This document shows positions 19,427 to 28,800 of a DNA stretch of 32,000 bases, in pieces. Within the stretch, counting starts at the first letter, position 1. Every line of letters starts with the position of its first letter. Under the pieces are notes generated by a model. It was not told the DNA's origin. It ran no database searches and saw only the letters and a program-made list of their open reading frames with translations. A program made the translations under genes and the position numbers. The stretch is taken from NCBI GenBank assembly GCA_019056805.1, contig DXJG01000003.1:27712-59711 (forward strand), read 5' to 3'. The stretch comes from Candidatus Baldrarchaeota archaeon. Lineage in GTDB: Archaea; Asgardarchaeota; Baldrarchaeia; Baldrarchaeales; DXJG01.

Positions 19427-20923
19427 TTGCTTGAAGAAAAATACCCCCAGTTCTGGGGAAACGCTAAAGAAATAGCCAAAAATATAAAAGAAAAAATTGA
19501 AGAAGGACTAACAGCCCGCATAATTTCTCATTTTGACGCCGATGGCATATCATCAGCCGGAATAATATGTGCTGCACTATACAGACTACAAGCTTCTTTT
19601 CACCTCAGCATAGTTAAACAACTAACCCCAGAAATTCTCAAAAACTTGAAAGAAGAAAAATACACATTTTTCATTTTCACAGACATAGGAAGCGGCCAAT
19701 TAAACCTAATTAAGCAACATCTAAATCAAAAAGAAAAAATCATAGTTATAGATCACCATCCACCCATAAAATCAGAAGATGAATCTTTAGTTCATTTCAA
19801 CCCTCATCTCTATGGAATTGATGGTGCAAGAGAAATCAGTGGCTCCACAACAACCTACCTAGTTGCTCGAGCACTTGATAAAAGAAACAAAAATCTTTCT
19901 AATATAGCAATAGTTGGTGCTCTAGGAGATAGACAAGACAAAGGAAACCAGTACTCTCTCACAGGAGTAAATAAAGAAGTGGTAGACGAAGCTGTTAAAC
20001 TCGGAATTCTAGAGGCCAAAAAAGACATAAGACTTTTCGGACGGGAAACACGACCAATCCATATAGCTCTCGAATACACAACAGATCCATTCATCCCTGA
20101 GCTATCTGGCTGTCGAGAGAGATGTAAATATTTCATAGAAAATGAAGCTAAAATCCCATTAAAAGATGAAAATGGAAAATGGAGAACACTATCCGACCTC
20201 TCAAAGGAAGAAAAACAACAATTAGCCTCCAAACTCATAGATTACATGATAATTAAAGGACTAAGCGCAGAAGAAGCTCAAAGCATTATTGGAATGGTAT
20301 ACACATTCCTAAACGAAGAAAAAGGAACTCCGCTAAGGGATGGAAGAGAATTCGCCACCCTACTAAATGCCTGCGGAAGAATGGGATATCCGGAAATCGG
20401 AGTAGCCATATGCATGGGCGACAGAGAAGACGCACTAAAAGAAGCAGCACAAATACTTTCAAAATACAGAGAAAAACTCTCAAACTCAATATCATGGATC
20501 ACTCAAAACCTGGAAGAAAAACTCAAAGAGAAAAAATATGTTAGGTATTTCCACGGAGAAGATATAATCGATGACACTATCATAGGAACCGTCACATCCC
20601 TCCTCCTTTCCTCAAAAAGAATAAGTGATGATAAAGTAGTGGTTGGCTTCGCATATAGCAACGAATATCCATCCATGGTTAAACTTTCAGCAAGAACAAC
20701 ACAAACCCTCGTCAACAAAGGAGTCGATTTAGGAAAAGCCCTAAGACTCGCAGTTAAAAACCTAGGAATCGAACCCATCGCAGGGGGACATAACATAGCA
20801 GCAGGAGGGCAAGTACCAATCAATATGGAAGAACAATTCATCGAACAATTAGACAACATATTAAAAGAAATGTTGGAGCCTGAAAAACTTGAAAATACTA
20901 AACAAAATAATACTAACGGTTAG
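19427..20923 (+). CDS. RecJ-like DHH/DHHA1 phosphoesterase
   Basis: SHFDADGISSA, DIGSG, IDHH, ALGDRQD, ATLLNACGRMG, GGHNIAAGG. Conserved position between rps15 and pcc1/rps3ae. Confidence 0.9.
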   Translation: MLEEKYPQFWGNAKEIAKNIKEKIEEGLTARIISHFDADGISSAGIICAALYRLQASFHLSIVKQLTPEILKNLKEEKYTFFIFTDIGSGQLNLIKQHLNQKEKIIVIDHHPPIKSEDESLVHFNPHLYGIDGAREISGSTTTYLVARALDKRNKNLSNIAIVGALGDRQDKGNQYSLTGVNKEVVDEAVKLGILEAKKDIRLFGRETRPIHIALEYTTDPFIPELSGCRERCKYFIENEAKIPLKDENGKWRTLSDLSKEEKQQLASKLIDYMIIKGLSAEEAQSIIGMVYTFLNEEKGTPLRDGREFATLLNACGRMGYPEIGVAICMGDREDALKEAAQILSKYREKLSNSISWITQNLEEKLKEKKYVRYFHGEDIIDDTIIGTVTSLLLSSKRISDDKVVVGFAYSNEYPSMVKLSARTTQTLVNKGVDLGKALRLAVKNLGIEPIAGGHNIAAGGQVPINMEEQFIEQLDNILKEMLEPEKLENTKQNNTNG

Positions 20924-21146
20924 AATTCACTGTAAGAATGAAAAACATGCAGAAATACTTCAAAAAATTCTATCAATAGAAGATAAATTCGCACCCCCCA
21001 CAATAAAAGTAGAAACCATTTCTCAACAAAACTATATCATATCAACAATCAAAGGCCGAGAAAAAGTTGAAACCATACTCTCAACTCTAAACGATATTTT
21101 TGAAACAATAAAGTTAATCAACAACATTTACAGCATAACCGAATGA
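20889..21146 (+). CDS. pcc1: KEOPS complex subunit Pcc1-like
   Basis: 85-aa protein ending TLNDIFETIKL, in the conserved slot between the RecJ-like gene and rps3ae. Confidence 0.7.
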   Translation: MKILNKIILTVRIHCKNEKHAEILQKILSIEDKFAPPTIKVETISQQNYIISTIKGREKVETILSTLNDIFETIKLINNIYSITE

Positions 21147-21286
21147 TCCCATCAATAACTATGGGAACAAAAACTATATAACACTTCAAATATTAATACG
21201 ATAAAATCGTAACATTACTAATCTAAAATGGAAAGATTTTTATTAATTCCATTTCAACTACTTTCGCTACTCACGGAGGTCTACAC

Positions 21287-21892
21287 ATGTCTTCAAAATC
21301 AAAGAGAAAAGAAAAAGCAAGGGTACGAGATAAATGGAAACTAAAAAAATGGTACACAGTCATCGCTCCACCATACTTCGGCAACAAAGAAATAGGACTA
21401 ACCCCAGCTGACGAACCAGAAAAACTCCTAGGCAGAATAATAGAAACAACCCTATATGATATAACAGGAGACTTCAACCAAATACACGTAAAACTATACT
21501 TCCAAATAAACGACGTAAAAAGCGACGTAGCCTACACCAAATTCAAAGGACACGAATGGGCCAGAGACTACCTTAGAAGCCTAGTAAGAAGAAGAACATC
21601 AAGAATAGATGGCATTTTCAATGTAACAACAAAAGACGGATACAAACTAAGACTCTCAGCAGTTGCCTTCACAGTTTCAAGAGCAAAAACAAGCCAAGAA
21701 AAAGCAGTAAGAAAAATAATGAAAGAAATAATCGAGAAAAAAGCCCAACAACTAAAATTCGAAGACTTCGTCCAAGAATGCGTACTAGGAAAAATCGGCT
21801 CAGAAATATACAACGAAGCCAAAAAAATCGTAGCACTCAGAAAATGCGATATAAGAAAAAGCAAACTACTAGAAGAACCCACACCCCAGTAA
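21287..21892 (+). CDS. rps3ae: 30S ribosomal protein S3Ae (eS1)
   Basis: [46 protein letters not shown]. Confidence 0.97.
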   Translation: MSSKSKRKEKARVRDKWKLKKWYTVIAPPYFGNKEIGLTPADEPEKLLGRIIETTLYDITGDFNQIHVKLYFQINDVKSDVAYTKFKGHEWARDYLRSLVRRRTSRIDGIFNVTTKDGYKLRLSAVAFTVSRAKTSQEKAVRKIMKEIIEKKAQQLKFEDFVQECVLGKIGSEIYNEAKKIVALRKCDIRKSKLLEEPTPQ

Positions 21893-22258
21893 AAAACAAC
21901 CTAATTTTAAAGTATCCAAATTTAGTATTTTCCTCTATAAAAACCTAAACGGACCTAAAAACTCCTTTTTAGAAATTTTGGAAATCGAACTTAGATCACC
22001 GTATTGATGAGGGTGGCGCCTTGACGTTACCCTGGTATATATAGTATTTTTATTTGGATAGTAGTCTGTATAGATATGTTTCATATAGAACAATTATTCA
22101 CTATTTTTGTTACATTTAAGACAAAAAATCAAAACATTTGTTCAGTTAAAATCGAGTTTAAAATGTGGCGCGTATAAAAAGGCTTATAAAGCGGCGCCAT
22201 GGCAGAGACTGTGCTCCTAAGAGCCCATTATCAATAAAATTTATGTAGGGGGTCTAAA

Positions 22259-22510
22259 ATGTTAGAGAAAGTATTAAGACGGCACAAATTCCTTCCCGTA
22301 AAAAGAAATGGACAACGCCTATACTTCAGACATTCCATTGCTATAGGGGGGATCTATGTCTCTTTACGCGGGAGAATAGCAGAAGTAAAAATCCCAGAAA
22401 TAAACTTCTCTTACACTTTTAATGCGGCTTCAAGACTAGAAAAATTCCTACGAGCCTTAGAAAGAAACGTAGAAGACGAAAGCAGCATGTTCCTACCTGT
22501 AGCATACTAA
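22259..22510 (+). CDS. Small hypothetical protein (83 aa)
   Basis: ATG preceded by G-rich SD-like GGGGG. Plausible composition but no recognised family. Confidence 0.5.
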   Translation: MLEKVLRRHKFLPVKRNGQRLYFRHSIAIGGIYVSLRGRIAEVKIPEINFSYTFNAASRLEKFLRALERNVEDESSMFLPVAY

Positions 22511-22589
22511 ACACAAAATACAACAATACGTCAAATTTAAACATCAACACACTATAACATTTATTGTTACCGCTATTCAAGGGATCTAA

Positions 22590-23201
22590 ATGAGTAAAAC
22601 CGTTCAGCGAAAGGAAGTTGCAAAAGAAGCAGCCCGACTACTATATTATGGTTTAGCAACCGAATACTATGCAGCCAAAAGAATGGCTGCAAAACAATTA
22701 GGAACTCGATTTTTACCAAGCAATAAAGAAATAGCCCTAGAACTTGATAATCTAGCTGAATTTTTAGAGGGAGAAGAAAGAATACAGCGCCTCATCCAAA
22801 TGAGAAAAATATCGCTCCAAATAATGAAAACACTAAGCGAATATTATCCCAAACTAGTTGGGAGCGTCTGGAGAGGAATCATAACACGAAACAGCGATAT
22901 AGACATCTACATATACACAAGAAACATAGAAGAAGTAATTAAAAAACTAAAACAAGCCAAATACCAAATAACAGGAATAGAGAACGTCACAAGATGTATA
23001 GAAAACACAGTAAAAGAATACACACACATTTATGTTAAAACAAAACAAAACTTCAAAATCGAAATAATTATTCGCGATCCCGAAGAAATAAACCTAAAAG
23101 AAAAATGCGAAATATTCGGAGACATAATAAAAGGACTAACAATAGAAGAACTAGAAAAAATCCTAAAAACTGACCCCGTCAAAAAATTCATACCTCCATG
23201 A
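22590..23201 (+). CDS. Predicted nucleotidyltransferase (Pol-beta fold, COG2413-like)
   Basis: EVAKEAARLLY...EYYAAKRMAA..LG..LPSN.EI N-terminus and LVGSVWRG...SDIDI NTase signature. Confidence 0.75.
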   Translation: MSKTVQRKEVAKEAARLLYYGLATEYYAAKRMAAKQLGTRFLPSNKEIALELDNLAEFLEGEERIQRLIQMRKISLQIMKTLSEYYPKLVGSVWRGIITRNSDIDIYIYTRNIEEVIKKLKQAKYQITGIENVTRCIENTVKEYTHIYVKTKQNFKIEIIIRDPEEINLKEKCEIFGDIIKGLTIEELEKILKTDPVKKFIPP

Positions 23202-24490
23202 GGTGCCAAATCTTGAAAGCAGTAATTTTAGCTGCAGGGGAAGGCCAAAGACTACTACCCCTAACAGCAACAAGACCAAAACCCCTCCTACCAGTAGCAG
23301 GAAAACCCGTACTAGAACATATCCTAACTGCACTCTACGAAGCAAAAATAAAAGAAATACTAATCATCGTAGGACACCAAAAAGAACAAATAATCAAACA
23401 TTTTGGAAACGGAGAAAAACTCAACCTAAAAATAACCTACAAAGAACAAAAAGAACCTCTCGGAACAGCCCACGCCACAAACATAGCCAAAGACTTCGTA
23501 GGCAACGACAACTTCCTACTAATCTACGGAGATGTCCTAACAAGCAAACAAAACTACCCAAAAATAATAGAACACTTCAACAAAGAATCATCCTCAGCCC
23601 TAATCACCACATACAAAGTAGAAGACGCATCACTCTACGGCATCATAAAAACAAAAAACAGCCAAGTCACAGAAATCATAGAAAAACCAGACCCAACAGA
23701 AGCAAAAAACCAACACATAAATGCAGGAATCTATATTTTCACACCTAAAATCTTCAACGCAATAAAACAAACCAAAAAATCGAAAAGAGGAGAATACGAA
23801 CTAACAGACTCCATACAACAGATGATTAAACAAGGAGAAAACATACTCGCACACAAATTAGAAAACTGGTGGATAGATATAGGAACCCCATGGGACCTAC
23901 TCGACGCAAACAAACTACTACTTGAAGAAACAAAACTAGAAATAAAAGGAAAAATAGAAGAAGGAGCAAAAATCATAGGACCAGTAGGAATAGGAGAAAA
24001 CACCATAATCAGATCAGGAAGCTACATAATAGGACCAACCCTAATAGGAAAAAACAGCGACATCGGACCAAACTGCTACATAAGACCTCACACATACATA
24101 GGAAACCACTGCAGAATAGGAAACGCCTGTGAAATAAAAAACAGTATAATACTCGACCACACCCACATAGCTCATCTATCTTACGTAGGAGACAGCATAA
24201 TAGGGCAAAACGTCAACTTTGGAGCTGGAACCATAACAGCAAACCTCAGACTAGACGAAAAAACAATAAAAATGACAATAAAAGGAAAAAGAATAGATAC
24301 CAAAAGAAAAAAACTCGGAGCAATAATCGGAGACAACGTAAAAACAGGAATCGGATGCATGCTAATGCCAGGAGTAAAAATAGGCCAAAACTCCCTACTA
24401 GGAGCAAACACAACCATAAACAAAGACATCCCACCAAACACATTCATAACAACAAAAACCGAAAATATCCAAAAACAAATACAACCCTAA
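23198..24490 (+). CDS. glmU: Bifunctional sugar-1-phosphate nucleotidylyltransferase/acetyltransferase (GlmU-like)
   Basis: AVILAAGEGQRLLPLT..RPKPLLPVAGKP, LGTAHA, RGEYELTD, hexapeptide repeats with HLSYVGDSIIG, NFGAGTITANLR. Confidence 0.92.
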   Translation: MRCQILKAVILAAGEGQRLLPLTATRPKPLLPVAGKPVLEHILTALYEAKIKEILIIVGHQKEQIIKHFGNGEKLNLKITYKEQKEPLGTAHATNIAKDFVGNDNFLLIYGDVLTSKQNYPKIIEHFNKESSSALITTYKVEDASLYGIIKTKNSQVTEIIEKPDPTEAKNQHINAGIYIFTPKIFNAIKQTKKSKRGEYELTDSIQQMIKQGENILAHKLENWWIDIGTPWDLLDANKLLLEETKLEIKGKIEEGAKIIGPVGIGENTIIRSGSYIIGPTLIGKNSDIGPNCYIRPHTYIGNHCRIGNACEIKNSIILDHTHIAHLSYVGDSIIGQNVNFGAGTITANLRLDEKTIKMTIKGKRIDTKRKKLGAIIGDNVKTGIGCMLMPGVKIGQNSLLGANTTINKDIPPNTFITTKTENIQKQIQP

Positions 24491-24520
24491 ACAAACACAA
24501 CCCCTAACTCTTCTTCAAAA

Positions 24521-25027
24521 TTAAACTAAAATCAATCTCCTCACAATATAACCAAGAACCAAAGAAGAAAAAGCCAACGTCCCATAAAACAAAAGAAAGA
24601 AATAAAAACCCAAAACATACATCAACCAAAAATCCTTCAACAAATTAACCAACTGAGCCCTAGCAAAATCAACATCAAAACCATAAGACTGCCAAGCACC
24701 AGGAACAATCATAACACCAAACAAAGGATCCAAAACAATCTGAACAGTCAAAATCAAACCATTCAAAAAGTAAAAAACAGGAAAACACAAAGCCCCACCA
24801 AACGCCAATTCTTTCAACTCCATACCAGACAAAAACCCAGCAACAAAAAACAACACACAAAAAACAACAATATAATACAAAAAATAAGGATTAACAGCAC
24901 AAGTAAACCTAAACCCCCAAACAAAATAAAAAATGCTCTCTACACCAAAAAGAACACCACACAAAATCGCCATATAAATAAACGTTAACCTCCAACTAAC
25001 ACCCTTACCAAACTCTCTTCCAACCAA
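24521..25027 (-). CDS. Hypothetical integral membrane protein (about 4 TM segments)
   Basis: 168-aa ORF with several long hydrophobic stretches. GG-rich SD-like sequence upstream on the minus strand. Confidence 0.65.
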   Translation of the reverse strand: MVGREFGKGVSWRLTFIYMAILCGVLFGVESIFYFVWGFRFTCAVNPYFLYYIVVFCVLFFVAGFLSGMELKELAFGGALCFPVFYFLNGLILTVQIVLDPLFGVMIVPGAWQSYGFDVDFARAQLVNLLKDFWLMYVLGFYFFLLFYGTLAFSSLVLGYIVRRLILV

Positions 25028-25241
25028 GCCATAAGCCTCCGCAAATCAACATAGACCAAACAACAACCCTATATAAAACTTAACACAACGGCAAACCACC
25101 CAACCATAACCCCACATATAACAACAAAAACCGAAAAAATATATACCCCAAAATCAAAACAAACCTACAGCAAACCCACAACCCTTAAAAACCAAAACAA
25201 ACAACAAAAACGCACAAAAATATTAAAAACATGCAATAAAC

Positions 25242-25249
25242 TTTAAAAA
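25242..25249 (+). promoter_or_regulatory. Putative TATA box of tRNA-Gly
   Basis: TTTAAAAA ending about 25 nt upstream of the mature tRNA 5' end, preceded by an A-rich BRE-like stretch. Confidence 0.4.
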
Positions 25250-25274
25250 CCAAACACCAAAATAAAAATAACAG

Positions 25275-25352
25275 GCGGGGCTAGTCTAGCCTGGACTAGG
25301 ACGTCGGCCTTCCAAGCCGATAACCCGGGTTCAAATCCCGGGCCCCGCACCA
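25275..25352 (+). tRNA. tRNA-Gly (anticodon TCC), intron-less, CCA encoded
   Basis: Acceptor GCGGGGC/GCCCCGC, anticodon arm TCGGC-CTTCCAA-GCCGA, T arm CCGGG-TTCAAAT-CCCGG, ACCA end. Confidence 0.97.
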
Positions 25353-25840
25353 TCAACACTCCCTTCTCAGTTTCCCTCCTAATCACGTTTTTCAAGACTC
25401 CATTTCTAATTTTAAAACATTTTTCGGCTTAATTACATACTTTTTAACTCTTATTTTTCGTAATAAAATATAGGAAGAATTAGATGTTTTTGACACGCAT
25501 AAACCAAGATGAATGATATAAAAGTGCAAATAGGGAAGTAAATACGTACTAACGTATTTTATACACATGAACTATTAACATGTTGAATAAAAGGTATCAG
25601 TTAAATTTATAAAATCCCTGGATTTTGTCCATCGCCTTTACATATATCAAGGAAATGAAAAGACTTCAAATCAAACCAAAAAATAATTATAGATTAGATA
25701 GACATTTTTATGCAACCTAAGTTTTTTGTCAATTATTAATCTGTATTTTGAAGCTTATACACGAGTTTTCGAGTTGTCATGTATTTGCATATTTAAACTT
25801 TCTGATCAAATTGTTTATTGAGGTGTTTGGAGGGAGAGCT

Positions 25841-28800
25841 ATGAAAATCAAATCAAAATCAACTATTTTGATTTTTATAGTTCTCCTAATGGATTTTTCA
25901 GCAATTGGACTCATCTCGACGAGTGAAGGTAAAGTCCTAGATGCACTCTCAAGGATAAAAGAGCCAAAAATCTATATCAATAGTTTAAATCCAAGTTTTC
26001 AAGAATTCAAAAATGGAACGCCGGCGAAAATTTGGGAGGAGGAAATAATTGGTAGAATAGTAGTATCTCCACTCGGCAATACTCCAAATACCGGTCAAGG
26101 CATAACACTAAACTCAAATATTGAAAATAATTGGACTACGGGGATAAACGCAACAGGATATTTAAGTGAAGATATTGAAGAACTCTACGAGAAATCTATT
26201 GAGAACATTAATCGTACTGGAACACTTGTTTTAGCATTTTTAGCAACAGACATCGAAGTTTTAAATGAAACATTATTCAGCGATGAAAGAACAAGAATAG
26301 TTATAGACGAAATTTTAAGATTCGCAGAAGAAGTCGGAGACGCAGCAATAATCCTCACAGGAAACTACTGCACAGCAAAAATCCTAATGTACATGTTATG
26401 GTTGACTGAGAGAGATAGAAGAATAAATGAAATTTACCTCGTTGTTTTAACTCATGGAGTTCTAAATGAGACATCACAGATCCATGGAATGTTAATGCAT
26501 GGAGAAAACGGTGTGGCTGTTGTAAATGGTGAAACGTTGAAATATTTAGCTAAAATTTTAAGGCTAAAACGATTGGATAAACTGAAATTTGTATATTTAC
26601 CCTTCTGTAACATGGGAAGAGAGAAAGAAATCCACAGTGACAGTTCTGTTGTAGCTTTCTTCGAAGAATATAGCAAAGCCCAAATACTAACCTACGAAGG
26701 AGAAACATACTTAAACGGAGAATACATTGCTTCAATTCAATCCATTTTATCTTCTGGAACCTACGAACTGATCGAAGAAAACGTATATTTTCCTGTTCAA
26801 GTTATCGACAATTTCACAAGCCAGACGGTAGAAGGCTACCTTGAGTTTACAGTAATTGACGAGATTGAAGAGTTAAACTCCACAATTAATCCCTACGAAA
26901 TTTATGATAGTAATGAGAATGTGACATTAGGATCCAGATTTAGACATGAGACTACCTCTGGGGGCAACTATAGAGTTACCGTTCATGGAAAACGTGTCAA
27001 AGCCACAATTCACCACGGAACTCCACCAAGAAGCTACATGAGGAAGAAACTTAAACATATAAGTTACCAGGTTCCACCAAAATGCAAAACCTTCGGTGCA
27101 AGAGGCCCAAAAATAGATTTCAAGCATAAAGCTAAAAGCATACCTCTTGTTGCCGGAAGATTTTGGAAACCACCAAAATCCGAAAAGAAATATTTTGGAA
27201 ACAGCCCTGTGGGGAAACTTAGAACTAGCATCGATGAGATTAAAAGAACAATTTTAATCGTTGATGAAATTTTCAACACGATCTACAAAAACTACTACGA
27301 AATTAAACACGCAGTTTACAGATGGATTGATGCAACATTTAACGCTCCATGGAACAAATGGATGCGTGGACCAATAAAAACAACATTGGATAATACTGTT
27401 TTCCGTGGAGCAAACTTCATAATAAATTTTGCAAAACAATATTTAAAAACAATTATTTGCATAGCCTACAATTTGAAAAACTCTGGAGAAAGCCTTGGAG
27501 AACTTGTGGCAGCCTTAATAATTGCCGCAATAGCAAAACTCGCAAAAGGAATACTAAAATACTTCTCATGGACAATAAACAAACTCCTAAAAACACTATC
27601 AAACGTCTTAGGCGTAGATTTATCATGGGTTAAAAAGATTTTAGATAGCTGGATAGATCCAAATATAAAGTTTTTAGATAATGCTGTCGCTTATAGCGAA
27701 TCAACATTCAAATCTGCCGCTCAAAAATTTACAAATGCAATAATAAAACCATTCAACTGGATATGGAACCAAATAAAGAACCTATTCGACACACTATGGT
27801 CTAACTTTATTGATTTCTCTGTCGACAACTATTTGACTTTGGCCTATTTGTTAAGTGAGCTTGCAGTTGAAGGAAAACTTCCTGAAAAACTTGTAAGATC
27901 TATTATGAATAACGCTGGCAAAATCCTAGACTTCATAATAAGCATACAACCCATAGAAAAAAGATTAGAATCATGGTTCAAGATTTACTATGTTTGGCTT
28001 ACATCTGCCCTTATAGCCGGCAAAATAAGAATAGAAATACCTGAATCATGGAAAACAATTGTAAGCAGAGATGTAGAAAAAACCAATAAGATGGCGAATG
28101 GGAGAGTTGAGAATCTTCATAAAACACTGTACGACATTCTCGGAGACAAAGTAAAACATACAAATTTGCTAAGAATGGACGATGTAATGATAGTATTTAG
28201 AAGAGGTTTATCAAATATAAAATGGCGTGACGTTCATTTTCCCGAAGAAATAATTGGTAGAATTGAGAGAATCGTATTAAACAAAGAACTAATTGAAAAA
28301 CTCAAAGATAAAAAACTTGTAGAGATAGATGAGAACGGTAAGATCAAGCGTATTGTGCTTGACTACGATAAAACTGGTAGGAAGTTCCATTACTGGTATG
28401 GAGAAGTAAATATAGTCCAAGTGATTCATACACATATCGATGGAAAACCTGTTGCCTTTGCAATAGTATGGGAAGGATACCTAAACTGGTTCACTGATCC
28501 CGACGAGGATAAAAATCTTAAAAATTCAAAAGATAAATACTTCGAAGAAAGAATTAAAGACGGAATATTTTACGGGGAAAATGGAGACATTAGAGCTTTA
28601 ATGAGCGAATTTAAACCTTGTAAAGTCGAAACAGAAGACTTTACACTAAAAGGTTACAGAATAGTACTAGGACTAAAAATAAAAGTAACACCTGGTAAAG
28701 AGGGAATCAATGTTAGAACACTAGAAGATAAATTCGATGAAAGCTACAAGAAACTGATTCCCACGGAACTAGTTCAAAAATTAATCGAGAGCAATCCAGA

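Noticed and set aside
22160-22200. Interrupted inverted repeat TGGCGC...GCGCCA with inner TATAA/TTATA
   Set aside because: Short and imperfect, overlapping a likely promoter region. No BHB geometry or other support.
1050-24490. Additional in-frame introns hidden in other housekeeping genes
   Set aside because: By eye, the other proteins match expected family lengths and motifs with no unexplained insert. A formal alignment plus BHB scan was not run.
24500-25270. Low-complexity A/C tract as tandem repeat or CRISPR array
   Set aside because: No fixed repeat unit or repeat-spacer periodicity. Part of it is the antisense of a membrane-protein gene.
25275-25352. Intron in tRNA-Gly(TCC)
   Set aside because: The cloverleaf closes with standard arm lengths and no extra sequence.
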